Program-made: the position numbers and the translations under genes
Assembly (NCBI GenBank): GCA_964188305.1
Contig: OZ076889.1
DNA length: 64,000 nucleotides
From: Podarcis bocagei
Taxonomy: Eukaryota
Reading direction: 5' to 3' (one strand)
The notes under the pieces: model-generated
Databases searched by the model: none
The model's input: only the letters and a program-made list of their open reading frames with translations
What the model was told of the DNA's origin: nothing
Shown here: piece by piece, positions 1-11,572 of the stretch
How the letters are laid out: every line of letters starts with the position of its first letter
How positions within the stretch are numbered: position 1 is the first letter of the stretch

Positions 1-595
1 CGATGGTAATGTCTCTTGCTTGTGCAGATGGAGGAGGATGGTGCATTGGCTTGTGTGTGTACAAACTTCTGGCTTTTGCATGGATGGAAATTAGCTTAGT
101 CTACAGTGTTAATAAGGGGCACACCCTTTGCTCTGGCCACTCCCATTTTGTCTCTAGCCCTGCCCATCACTGGCACGCAGACACCAGAAGGTGACCCCGT
201 GTGCTGAAACAGGTTTCCTACTGTGCCTTATGAAAACAGTAATTTACAGACAACAATATCTATTGTGCTCACAGGACTAGTTCGAACCAATGGAAACCTC
301 CAGCTTTGGCAAGGATTGTAAAGCGTTTTGTGCAAATCTAAATACCTGCATAAATGATGAAATGATGATGATGATGTCTTGTTGTTCTGGGATGGAGCCT
401 GCCTGATTGTGGTTGATATAGTGGCCAATAATTCTACTAAGGTGGGAGGTGAGGACCACAGTGGGGGAAATTGTGTCCTGGTTCAAAAGAGCAGGTTCTT
501 ATGATTGGCTGGTTTTTGTTGTAATCACTGTGACCCTTACTTCCATCCACACATAAAGCAGGGGCTTCTCCTGTAAAATAGCATTAGACAGGACA

Positions 596-745
596 CATGG
601 GCATAGCCAGGATTTTTTTTGGGGGGGGGGCAGGCTTTTGTTACAAGATTTGTAGTAACAAATCTTGTTACTCAGATTTGTATTGGTTTTTATTTATTTA
701 GGAGGGCAGCTACCCGTCCCCCGTCTCCCCTTGGCCACACCCATG
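596..745. mobile_element. Short non-autonomous DNA transposon (hAT-like MITE), degraded
   Basis: Imperfect terminal inverted repeats (TIRs) CATGGGCATAGCCA / TGGCCACACCCATG; flanking 8-mers ACAGGACA (588-595) and ATAGGACA (746-753), 7/8 match. Confidence 0.55.
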
Positions 746-1056
746 ATAGGACAACTAAGTTAGGCAAGACTTGTTTGTTATACAATAAATAAAGCAATAA
801 AATTCCCAGATGCACCCAGAGGCTTTGTAGAGCACTTCATGCATATGTCAGTTCTGGCATTCAAAGTCTATGTGCCAGATCTCCAAAATGCTGAGACGGA
901 GTTAAAAAGACAACACTCCAAAAATGTTTTGTGTTCTCACATTTTGTCAGGGGTAGGTATTGTTTTGGGTTTTGGGGTTTTTTTTAGAGTAATGTATGGG
1001 TTCCACAAGCACAAGGGTTGCACAGACACTTAATATTGACTTGTGTTGACTTATTC

Positions 1057-1192
1057 CAGTGTTTCCCAACCTTGGGCCTCCATCTGTTTTTGAACTACAA
1101 TTCCCATCATCCCTGACCACTAGTCTTGCTAGCTAGGGATGATGGGAGTTGTAGTCCAAAAACAGCTGGAGGGCCAAGGTTGAGAAACACTG
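1057..1192. mobile_element. Palindromic hAT-type MITE (136 bp)
   Basis: TIR CAGTGTTTCCCAACCTTGG / CCAAGGTTGAGAAACACTG; whole element folds back on itself; perfect 8-bp TSD ACTTATTC (1049-1056, 1193-1200). Confidence 0.9.
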
Positions 1193-2210
1193 ACTTATTC
1201 TAATTCTGGCACATGTCAGCTGTGTCTTAGCAGTCGCTTTGGCATGCATCTTCTGTTTTGCTGTGAAATTATCTCATATGCATTCCAATCTCTTGTCTCC
1301 AGCCTGTGCTGCCTTCTGACCATCTGGTTGCCTAATGTTACTCAATTGGTCTGTTACGTTACCCTTGTGGTGCCAAATGTCTTTGAAGTAACTAGAAATC
1401 TCCCAACCCGTATAGAAAAGAACTAGGAGCTGGTGTTGTGGGGCCTGAGAATCACATGCATCTGGGTATTTGCTGTTCCCTTTGAAGCATTAAAGTTGTG
1501 GTCCTGGGTGTAAGTCTCATAGAACCTGGTGTTACTCGCTTCTGAGCAGACCTGCATAGCATAGCATTGTAGTGTAAGGTTTTGTTTTTAAAGAGCGACT
1601 CAGTGTTCAATACTGTACACAGCAAATTAAGTTTTCCTTCATCTGCCTGATATTTGGAGAGATAGGAGAATAAATATCCTAAGAAATACTGGCAAGACTG
1701 GCAGCCCTTTCTAAAGATGCCTGTATTAATTTTGTGTTTAAAATGATGCCTTGGGGTATAGTGGAACTTAAAAGTAAATTGTATGTCCCAAATTTGTATT
1801 CAGTTTGTTCTGAGATTATTATTTTTTAATTAACAATATATCTTGGATTAAAGTCAGGTGAGGCTTTTCTTACATCAATTCATTCTTTTGTGAAGGTGGG
1901 AAATGAAACAATGACATGTATTGATGGAATTATATGATGATCTTGCTACAGCTACTGAAGTCTTGCTATATCTACTAAAGGGTGAGAATCACCTAACCCT
2001 TAGTGGAAACCCTGCACAAGGACTTCCACTTGCACAAAGGGGCTTCTTCCTCTCTCCTTTCCCTATGCACCCCCTGGAATTGGTTTAGGCAGGGGGTCTG
2101 GAGGACCCCCAGAACAGCATGTAGAGGAGTCATTCTACCTGGCAGGCTGCAGTGCTTCCACAGATGGAATGTTTGGAAGAGCACAACATTGAGTTCTGCC
2201 CAAAGCTTTT

Positions 2211-2498
2211 AACATAAGAAGAGCCTGTTGGATCAGGCCAAAAAGGCTCATCTGGCCCAGCATCCTGTTCTCACAGTGGCCAACCTATAGGAAGCCAATA
2301 AAAAAAACCAGGACATGAGTGCAACAGCACTCTCTCCAAAAGCAATTCCCAGCAACTGTTACTCAGAGGCATGCTGCCTATGACAGCAGAGGTAGAATGC
2401 ATCTTGGCTAGTAGTGGCTAGGAATTTGTCCAATCCTCTTTGAAAGCTATCCAGTCTTGTGGGAACCAATTCCATAGTTTAACTATGTGCTGTGTGAA
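2211..2498 (-). mobile_element. LINE 3' end fragment (CR1-like)
   Basis: Begins AACATAAGAAGAGCCTGTTGGATCAGGCC...CAGCATCCTGTTCTCACAGTGGCCAAC, a recurrent squamate LINE tail; a related fragment lies in the opposite orientation near 9020-9100. Confidence 0.55.
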
Positions 2499-2513
2499 CA
2501 CATAGTTCAGAAG

Positions 2514-2650
2514 AAGTGCTATTTTTCGAGAAAAAGAGGTGCCAGAACTCACCACGAATGCCTCCATCGTTCTCTTATAATGACAATGGCACCCAACTGA
2601 AAAATGCCAGAACTAAGTTCTAATGAGTTCCGGCTGGGGGGGAAACCCTG
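2514..2650. mobile_element. Short non-autonomous DNA-transposon-like repeat
   Basis: Subterminal inverted motifs GTGCCAGAACTC / GAGTTCCGGC; resembles a recalled lizard interspersed repeat. Confidence 0.4.
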
Positions 2651-4145
2651 GCTACTGCTACAGAAGAGGAGGCTTCTAACAAGGATGCCCCCCAATATGG
2701 CCAGCTGGCCCATGAGTTGGGGTGAGGTAGTCACCTCAGGCAGCAGAGGCCCAGGAAGTGGTGCGCCCACAGACAACCTATCTGCCCTACCACTGGTGGG
2801 GTAGCAGCAGCAGCAGCAGTAGCACTGGCTTCCAGCAAAAGATCTTGCTAGAACCCACCACCACTGCTTCACAGGCACTGCCATGTAACCCAGGTAAGGG
2901 AGGTGGAGGCAAAACAGGATGCGCTACCCCTGCCTCCCCAAGCCCTGGAGTCAGCACTCGAGATAATGGTTGCTGTGCTGATCCCAAAGAATAAGGGTTT
3001 AACTGTACTCTTGAGTTCCACATAACTCTTCATTGGACAGAAGCACTGGTGATGAAACTCGGTCTGGAAAGTTCTATGATCCATGAAAGCACTCACACTC
3101 CTATTCAATTTGAGTTTCCCTGTTAAATATAACTTTATCTAACTTGGATCAATGTATTACAGCCTACTCTTATTATGAGTCATGATCACAGAGTGTCTTA
3201 CACCGTACAACTGTCTATATTGATCACAGAATGGTGTCACCCACGGAAACACAACAGAGATGTTCTTACCTTCACCCCAACTTATCTTCAGAGCCTTTCC
3301 CACATTGTGATGTAAAAAGTGAGCAGTGATTCACCACAGATGCTCGGACAGCAAAATCTAGAACATGCATGCTTTGTCTTCAGGGCATGCAAGGATATTG
3401 CACTGCAATAAAAGCATGAAAAGTGTCTCTGATATACTTCCAAGCATGTGGGCCAAACCTAAAACTGATCACATAAGGCAAGAAATAAAATGTTGAACAA
3501 CCATTATCTTCCATACTGGCATGAAGGGGTGTGTGTGTATATTTTCAGAGATAATATTGGCATAACAGCAATGGGAGAGGCAGTATATGTTTATCTTCTA
3601 CGGAGTCAGGGGAAATGGTTATGCTTAAAAGTACCCATAAGCCAAGAGGATGGAATTTGAGATAAAAATATTTTAACCAACAGGATTTCCCCTGTTGGTT
3701 AAAATATTGATTATTGATTTTTGTTGATTACATTATTGTTAGGGTACAAGAGCAGGCAGAAGCCTTGCATAGCAAATGGAGCTGATACATAAAAGCACAT
3801 GCTGCAAAGAGCAGTCTAGATCTACACACTGAATCTGTTTTGATGGAGAAATCATAACCCCAGCAAATCCCATGAAACTCTGTCCTCACCAAGACCCATA
3901 TTCTACTAGCATCATTTCTGATGTGTCCTGGTTGTACAATACATGTTCTGAAAGTTGCATCCTGCTTACCACCACCAAGTGTTACCTTTTTGCATTTCCA
4001 CTGTCTTTCTGCTTGCTCTAGCTATCGAAGCTGGTGAGCTCTATCCTGTTTGAAAGGGGTCATGTCTCAAGAATGGCAGAGCTATTTGGCAGTGACCTTG
4101 GATACCTCAAACTGGTGGCATTTGCATGGTTAGCCAAAGAATATG

Positions 4146-4293
4146 GAATCATGAAATTGTAGAGTTGGAAGCGACCTGAGTGTCAAATAGTCCAACTCCT
4201 GGAATTCAGGAATCCTGCCCAGAGCCATCCCTGGATGGGCTCGAACCACCAATCTTCTGGTTAACAACCAGACACACTGACCTCTTGCACTAC
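4146..4293 (-). mobile_element. tRNA-derived SINE with CR1-like tail, degraded
   Basis: GAATCATGAAATTGTAGAGTTGGAAG (reverse CR1-type tail) and GGGCTCGAACC (reverse B-box). Confidence 0.55.
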
Positions 4294-4576
4294 ATGTGGG
4301 GAAAGGAAGCAGGAGACTGCGTGGATAGGACTCGGTTGACTGTAACTGACTAAGCCATACTCTTTGAGTAGATCCAGTGTAATCGATGGACTTAAGTTAG
4401 TCAAGCCCATTGATCTCAATGGATGTACCCTGAATATGACTTAGTCAGCTACGTCCTCGTGTGAATTGGCCAGCACAATGGCATGCAAGTCGTAGGGAAC
4501 AAGCTGCCCACTCTGTGCTCAGAATAGTTACAATAACCCACACAGTCTGTAAAGAACATGATTATTCTGAGCATTT

Positions 4577-4770
4577 AGGAATTTGGGAAGCTGCCTTTTG
4601 GAGAGTTAAGACCATTGGTCCTTGAGCACGATATTGTTCTCATTGACTGACCCTAGGTCCCCATAGTTTGAGAGAGGGACATTCCTGGCCAGAGCTGGAG
4701 ACGCTGGGCATGGAAACTGGAATCTTCCGCATGCAAGGCAGACAAACTGCTACTGAGCTACAGCCCTTCC
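4577..4770 (-). mobile_element. Squamate tRNA-derived SINE (Squam3-like), degraded
   Basis: Reverse strand reads GGGCTGTAGCTCAGTAG...TTGCATGCGGAAGATTCCAGTTTC...GGACCAATGGTCT...GGCAGCTTCC. Confidence 0.55.
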
Positions 4771-4781
4771 ATAAAGAATTA

Positions 4782-5221
4782 TATTTTTTTAAAATGATAT
4801 TTATTAAAATTTCAGAGAAAAGAATTACATAAAAACAAGAAATACAAAAATAAAAAACAAAAAAATATACAAGAAAAATATAAAATACAAAATACAGAAT
4901 AAAAAAATAAAAACACTTACAAAGGAAAAGAAAAAAGAAAAAAATGAATCAATCTTTCCATACCTTACATTCATATCCTTGTTTACATGACCTCCTCATA
5001 CCTCCCTTTTTGTATTCCAATTCAATTAGTTAATTCAGCAATTTCTTTCCCTCTTTATTTTCTCCTAATCCTTTAACTTAATATAGTATAACTTTAAATT
5101 TTCACCTGTTATCAATCCATTTTTACATACACCTTTATAGCATTACTGCTTAAACCACTTAACTTCATTCTAACATCATTCTAACATTCATTAATTTTAC
5201 ATTATTTCTGTAGATAATCTT
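4782..5221 (-). mobile_element. 5'-truncated LINE (L1-like) 3' fragment
   Basis: T-tract plus TTTATT (reverse AATAAA) at the left end, AT-rich body, 10-bp direct repeat TAAAGAATTA at 4772-4781 and 5222-5231 as TSD. Confidence 0.6.
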
Positions 5222-8200
5222 TAAAGAATTAGTTTACACAAAGAATTAGTTTACACAAAATATATCAACAAGAATCACTGATACTATCCTTCTCTAAATG
5301 CCTTCCCCTTTAAATATCTGTATAATAGGTATTTGTACAGCTCCTGAGATTATTAATCATTTTTACATAGGCAGAAAAGAATGGAATTCATGTTTTTTTC
5401 ATTTTCTTCAGAGGCTCAAAAGACAGTATAATCATTCTAGATGGCTCAGCCCATGCTCCAAACTGATATATTCTCGTCCATAACAATAATAGGATTATTG
5501 GATCCCAACCAAGGATTTATATCTTGCTATTTAATTTTTCAACATGAGGTCAGATTGATTAATGTGTATTAGACGCACGGATGGAATCTTGAGATAGTCC
5601 AAGGAACAAATTCTGAGTGCTTGTCTTGAAAGAGACTCGATAGTCTCTCCACTGTGTGCTGATCTCCTTCCCTTTAAAAGTCAGCCCTCACACATCTCTG
5701 CAGAGCAGTAGTGCATCAGTAAATCATAAATAAATTACAGAACTAACTAGCTATTTTTGAAGAGCATGCAGTTTAGGTAATGCATATGCTTCCTCCCTAA
5801 TCCAGCTCAAGGAACGAGATTGATTGTCAAGCCCACTTGACAGCATCTGGAAAAACCATCTTCATTGGTCATGTTTCTGTCTGAGATGTTCAGTTCTGCT
5901 CCATCAGCCGTTTGAAGAAGGCTATTGGTATATGCTTGATTACGAGGTCATTTAACCCATTGGATACCTCCCTCCTATTAAGTTTCATCAGAAGGTTAGA
6001 TGTGACTTCCAAGGTCAGCAAGAGGACTGTGCCAGCCCATGGATTAAATAAATGTAGTAGAAACCACAAGAACGGCAAGAGTATTTATGAGAGGTGCACA
6101 TTTGCTCTGTGTGCACTCTGAATTACAAGGCAAATGGGCTGATCGGATGACATTTCCACCTGCCTGAGTCAAAGTGTGCCTTTCAGCAAGATGCCTCAAG
6201 TCAGTTCAGGGACTCCCTAAAGTCTCAAGTTGTTCTGTGGTCTCAGGCGTCCAAAAAATCCTGAATTTTGTCACTTAGAATAAAGCTGCTTATATTTTTT
6301 AAAAGCAAAACCAAGCTGGTGAATGAAATGCTGAGCTTGAGTGGAGAGATCTTTTGTTTTGATGGACAGATCTAGGTTTTCATTGCAGTGAATTGTTTCC
6401 CCGTGGCATGCCAAATACCGTGATTTGGGAAACAGATGTTCTGCCTGGGAAAAGCAGGGTGTGCAGAAGAGCAGTGGACTATTGGCATCCTTCTCAAATC
6501 ACTTTCCCCCCTAACAATTAAAATCAGTAGTTCAATCACCTTGTTTTTCCACTGCTTATATTCCCCCCCCCCCCACCATTTGTGTTAATCTGGTTCTTAG
6601 TCTGCAGACTTTTAGGAGAGCTCAGCATAGGGTCACTCCACTTTCCCTCTCCCTCAGTTCAGTTGTAGAGCTTTTTGTGTAACTAGTTTCTTTTTATTCT
6701 AATCACTTTCTGTTTTCCAACAAACACCTAGTTCATTTTTCATGCCATTTGTTTTCTCTTATTTTTCCTTAGGTTTGTTTGTGCAAACTTCTCACGAGTC
6801 CCCACATCTCTTTGTGTGCATGTGTTTTTCTTTCCACCCTCACCCCCGTTTTAACTTACTTGTTCAAAGTTTTATACTCCTCTCTTCATTTTAGGGTACC
6901 TGTAATTTCACTGTGTTGAATTATTGCTGTCCAGTATTAATATATTTTTATTAAAGTTTTCTCCCGCTTTTAAGTTTGGTGCTCTTTCCCCACTCAAGTA
7001 AGCCTGCTTGTCCCTTAAAACTCATTGCCAGCCTATTATTGCCCATAAAATGCATGGGGAGGTTAAGTGGTTTCTATTTTATCCACCCCAAAATAGAAAT
7101 GTCTTGTCCTTGCAGGAGAACCACTCCACCTATAACATGCTGAAAGATGACAGGCTTCATCACTTGAAATAAAAATTTAAAATACATTGAAATACACTCA
7201 CAACAATAGACTAATTTATGTAAAATATATTGCAGCCAGTGAAAAATGTATGCTTATCTCTGATTTAAACAAGAAGACATAGCTGAAACAGATAATCTAA
7301 AAGCAGAACATTATCAGGATATGTTGCATTTTATTTCTGCAGCACAATATAAAGTATGCTTTATACTGCAAGCAGCTCTAAATTTATCTTAATGGGCCTT
7401 TTAGTTATACATATAAAACCACCTATCATTTTACTTGCATATAGAGTACTTTACTTGAAACCTACAGTGCAAACCAATTGCTGACAGTTCAATGACCACT
7501 TGCCACATTCCTCTTATATAACTCTTTCCATTTTGACAACATGCCCATTATTTGAAATTTATTATTGTAATGTTTCCTCCATAGAGATCTTCTTGATACT
7601 CAAGAGTGTTTGGAAAACAACCCCTCCCCTTTTCCAAAGTCTGTGCTTCCAAAGCAAGCGTGGAATCCTATGTACACCTACTTGGACACAAGGCCCACTG
7701 AAAACTGTAGGACATGCTTCTGAGTAAACATGCGTAAGATCAAGCTGTATCAGAGAACTGATGAAATATCCAGTCTAGAAACTTGTGTTTGATTCTGCTT
7801 TCAGTGTGTCTGTTCTGGATGCTAAGGCACTATGGTTCCATTGAAAAATAAGTCAGCTTTTGTGAATGTTCTATAGTTCACTGTGCAAGCATGGAATTTT
7901 GGATCAGACTATAAACTGCTTATATGTAGGACCTTATAAAAGGCCATTATTCTTTCCAGGTTTTTGTTGTTATGGTTACAAAGACAGGGAAAATGCGGGC
8001 AGAATTCTCATGATAGCTAAGTGCCTTTCTAAGCCTTAAAAGAGGAACCTCCACATACAGAGGCAGTATAGGTACCGGTATATCTGAATGTCACATGCAG
8101 AAACAAACAACAGAGGCTGTGCTCAATTTGAAATCATCCAGAGCCATTAGGTTACTTCAGCTAGAAACAAAACACTGTACTTGGTGGTCCTTGGACAGAG

Positions 8201-9140
8201 GAAGGCAATTTGTATTTTCTTCTTATTGCCTTGCTTATTTGGAGGGTCACCTAGAAAAGCATTTTTGTTTCCAGCTGAAACTAACTCAGTGCCTCTGGGT
8301 GCTCATTAAGTGAACCACTGTAAGTTTTCAGGGTCTGGCTTACTCCCCACTCCCCCCAATCCTTCCTTTCCTTAGCAGAGAGATGGCTAACCTGTGGCCC
8401 TCCCAGCTGTTGTCCATCATCCCTGGCCACAGGCTATGCTGACTAGAGCTGATGGGAGCTGAAAATTCAGTGGGTCAGCCTCCCCAGCCCTACTATGGTG
8501 TGTACCCAACATGTTTACTCACGAACTGTCTGAAGAGATGCCTGGCATTGTTAAGGCAGCAGGGACTGAAGGTTTCTTGTTCATTCATTCTATTTTTAAC
8601 TCTCCCTTTCTCCACGGAGGTCAAGGTGCCTGTGTGGCTTCCCTTAACTCACTGTAATAGCCCTGTGCAGTAGATGTTGACTTGCCCAAGGTCATACTGA
8701 ATGCTCTGACTTTTTAGAGGCCAGATTTGTATACCCCCCCCCCCAATATTTCATTTCTTAAAATGTATATACGGCTTGACTTGGTTTGTGGTTTTTTGTG
8801 GGGGGGGGGGTTTGTTTTTTAAAAAAGAGCCTTCAAAGCAGTTTGCAAAAAGAAGCCGGCAGTAATCTTGTGCCTTGTTGGTAAAACAGGGGTTGCCAAG
8901 GCGGCAGCCAGATGTTGCTGGACTATAACTGCCATCCTTCCTAACCGCTGGCCTTGCTGGCTGAGGCTGATGGGAGTCTCATCAAGTGAGGAGCACTCTA
9001 TTGCACTCCCATTCCTGCTGGATGGTTTCCTATAGGTAACTTGCTCACCAATGTGAGAATAAGATGCTGGCCCACATGGGCCTTTGGCCTGATCCAGCAG
9101 GGCTTTGGGGTCCAATGATCTGGAGGGTCACAGGTTCCCT

Positions 9141-9483
9141 AAAGGTAAAGGGACCCCTGACCATTAGGTCCAGTCGTGACCGACTCTGGGGTTGCAGCGC
9201 TCATCTTGCTTTACTGGCCGAGGGAGCCGGCGTACAGCTTCCGGGTCATGTGGCCAGCATGACCAAGTCGCTTCTGGCGAACCAGAGCAGCGCACAGAAA
9301 CGGCGTTTACTTTCCCGCCGGAGCGGTAGCTATTTATCTACTTGCACTTTAATGTGCTTTCGAACTGCTAGGTTGGCAGGAGCAGGGACCAAACAACGGG
9401 AGCTCGTGGGGATTCAAACCGCCGACCTTCAGATAGGCAAGCCCTAGGCTCTGTGGTTTAACCCACAGCGCCACCCGCGTCCC
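9141..9483 (-). mobile_element. Sauria SINE, near full length
   Basis: Reverse (ACCTTT)n tail AAAGGTAAAGG at left, tRNA-like head ...CCCACAGCGCCACCCGCGTCCC at right; 13-bp TSD TCACAGG(T/C)TCCCT (9128-9140, 9485-9497). Confidence 0.92.
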
Positions 9484-9702
9484 TTCACAGGCTCCCTACT
9501 CCTGCCATAAACTCCAGAGATAAACTGCTAGTATAAAAATATTTTAATAATGATAGCCTCAGGCTATCCCAAGGAAGGGGCAGCCACAGGGCATAAAACT
9601 GTGCCTGAAATTTAATCCACGCAGAGCTGAGGCCAATTAGACTCACCGGCATTGGGGACAATGAAGCTGGCACCATCCTCCGCCCTTGGTTTTGATGGAA
9701 AA

Positions 9703-10239
9703 CAGGGGTGCCAACTTGAATAAAATATGGGGGGCAGATAAGCCCCACCCTGTATGATCAATCACAAAATGTGGTGTACACACACCATTTGAATGGCAAT
9801 ACCCGGTGGCGCTGTGAGTTAAACCACAGAGCCTAGGACTTGCTGATCAGAAGGTCGGCGGTTCAAATCCCCGCGACGGGGTGAGCGCCCATTGCTTGTT
9901 CTCTGCTCCTGCCAACCTAGCAGTTCGAAAGCACGTCAAAGTGCAAGTAGATAAATAGGTACCGCTCCAGCGGAAAGGTAAATGGCGTTTCTGTGTGCTG
10001 CTCTGGTTCACCAGAAGCGGCTTAGTCATGCTGGCCACATGACCCGGAAGCTGTACGCCGGCTCCCTCGGCCAATAAAGCAAGATGAGCGCCGCAACCCC
10101 GAGTCGGCCACGACTGGACCTAATGGTCAGGGATCCCTTTACCTTTTTACCCATCAACTCGGGGGTGGTGGCCCCTCAAATACTTTATGGGGGGGGGGGG
10201 AGTCAATGGGATCTCAGCTCCCACGAGTTGGCTCCTAGG
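9703..10239. mobile_element. hAT-like MITE interrupted by a Sauria SINE
   Basis: Ends CAGGGGTGCCAACT / AGTTGGCTCCTAGG; flanking 8-mers ATGGAAAA (9695-9702) and ATGGAAAC (10240-10247). Confidence 0.65.
9805..10147 (+). mobile_element. Sauria SINE, near full length
   Basis: Head GGTGGCGCTGTGAGTTAAACC, B-box GGTTCAAATCC, tail CCCTTTACCTTT; reverse complement of the 9141-9483 copy; short TACCC duplication at the flanks. Confidence 0.92.
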
Positions 10240-10299
10240 ATGGAAACAAATGGCGTGGGAGCTGCAGCTAGGATGGGGGGAGTCTGCTCTGGGCGCCTG

Positions 10300-11450
10300 T
10301 CCTCGAAGCAACCAAAGATGGAAAGCATCCCTCGGCGAGATCCGGAGCTATTTCAGGGCTGCTTCGGAGCCGCGCGTGGTTCTTCCCTCCGCCCCGCCGG
10401 TCCGATTCTTCCCGCCATCGGCATCTTCGCCGCGCTGCCAGGAAGCGCCCCCTCCCTTCCCCTCCCCGGGGGCGCGCGCGCAGACACACCTGTCGCCCAT
10501 CTGCTCGTCCTTCCCGCCCATCCCCGCCCCCGCGGGAAGGAAGCCTCGCGAAGCTGGCGCGCGTGTAGCGAGGCGCCGGTGGGAGCCAAGAACTGCGCCC
10601 ACTCGGGCGCCACACCTACCGCCGCGGCAGGGGAAGGGGCCTCTCGCGCGGCCCCCACCTCCTTCACGCGCTCTCCAAATCTCTCCCCCCCCCCAACACA
10701 CACATACTCCTCCCCGCAAAAAAGGGGGGGGACAGGCAGCGCGCGAACGGGCGCCTTGTGAGCATGTGCGGAATACTAGCTGGAACTGGTTTCGCGGAGG
10801 GCGCTCGTGAGCTGCAAGGAGCGGCTGGCTCGTCCTGCGCGCCTCGCCACAGCCGACGAGGCTCCGGGCGGCGCAGCAGCGCCCTCCCCTCTCCTGCCAT
10901 TGGCAGCCCCGGCCAGGCTTCCTTCCCCCGCCGTCGGGAGCGGCTGGGTGTCTTCCTCCTCCTCCTCCTCCAGCCCGGCCTCCTCGGTCTTCTCAGCCCT
11001 TGCGCCGCGCCGCCCGCAGCCCTTGGCCGCCTTCGGGGCCTGCCTCCTCCGGTCTCCGGGCGCGGCCCGGCGAAGGTGGGCGTGGCGAACCCGGGGCTTT
11101 CGCAGCCCCCCGACGCTCCTCCCCTTGGAAGTACATAACGGGAGCGGATGGGGCTGGCTGAGTGAGGGAGGAGGGTGAGTGTGCGCGGCCAAAGCTCGCT
11201 TGCGCGGCTCGGTTACTTTGTGTCTTTTTCCAGCGCCGGTTCCATCGTCGCACAGCAGCCGCTGCCCGCGGCCCGGATCTCCGCAGGCCCGCCCCGGCTC
11301 TGGTCTCTCGCCCGTCGTCCACTCCTTCTTCGCCCGGGAGCTGCTCGCTGTTGTTGTTGTCGTGTGTTTTTTCTCAGTGAACAGGGCGAAACCCGGCTCT
11401 GCCCTTCTGCCGTAGTGCGATTCCTTCTCTTCGCTTTCAAGGCGAAAGGA
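10300..11450 (+). promoter_or_regulatory. DLGAP4: CpG island / internal promoter and 5'UTR of DLGAP4 short isoform
   Basis: Very GC- and CpG-rich against an AT-rich background, GC boxes (CCCCGCCCC ~10522, GGGCGTGGC ~11078), directly upstream of the MALCLELFKQ exon. Confidence 0.85.
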
Positions 11451-11541
11451 AGAACAGTCTCCTCTTCTCTTTTCTCTTTTCTCTCTCTCTCTCTCTCTTT
11501 CCCTTCTTTCTCCCTTTTTACCCCCCCCCCCATCTTGTGTC

Positions 11542-11572
11542 ATGGCTTTGTGTCTGGAGCTATTTAAACAAT
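11542..11572 (+). CDS. DLGAP4: DLGAP4 short-isoform first coding exon (MALCLELFKQ + phase-1 T)
   Basis: gtcATGG Kozak context, donor T|GTGAGT at 11573. Joins the 51461 exon in frame (T+GT=Cys) to give MALCLELFKQCSACLVGYKKTPPPVPPR, matching the recalled mammalian short-isoform N-terminus MALCLELLKQC. Confidence 0.88.

Noticed and set aside
1-12. CGATG|GTAATG as the possible end of an upstream long-isoform DLGAP4 exon
   Set aside because: Only 5 nt of putative exon are visible; cannot be supported
8375-8490. Several decayed ACTACAA(C/T)TCCCATCATCCC-type palindromic MITE remnants (also ~8890, 16160, 20905, 27530, 37810)
   Set aside because: Probably real old copies related to the 1057-1192 element, but termini and TSDs are too eroded to give boundaries
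9805-9880. tRNA-like A/B boxes here and at 13625, 21318, 45680
   Set aside because: They are SINE heads, not cloverleaf tRNA genes
10084-11567. Many overlapping long ORFs (up to 255 aa) on both strands
   Set aside because: Low-complexity Arg/Pro/Gly/Ala products expected from stop-poor CpG-island DNA; one starts inside a SINE; no recognisable domain
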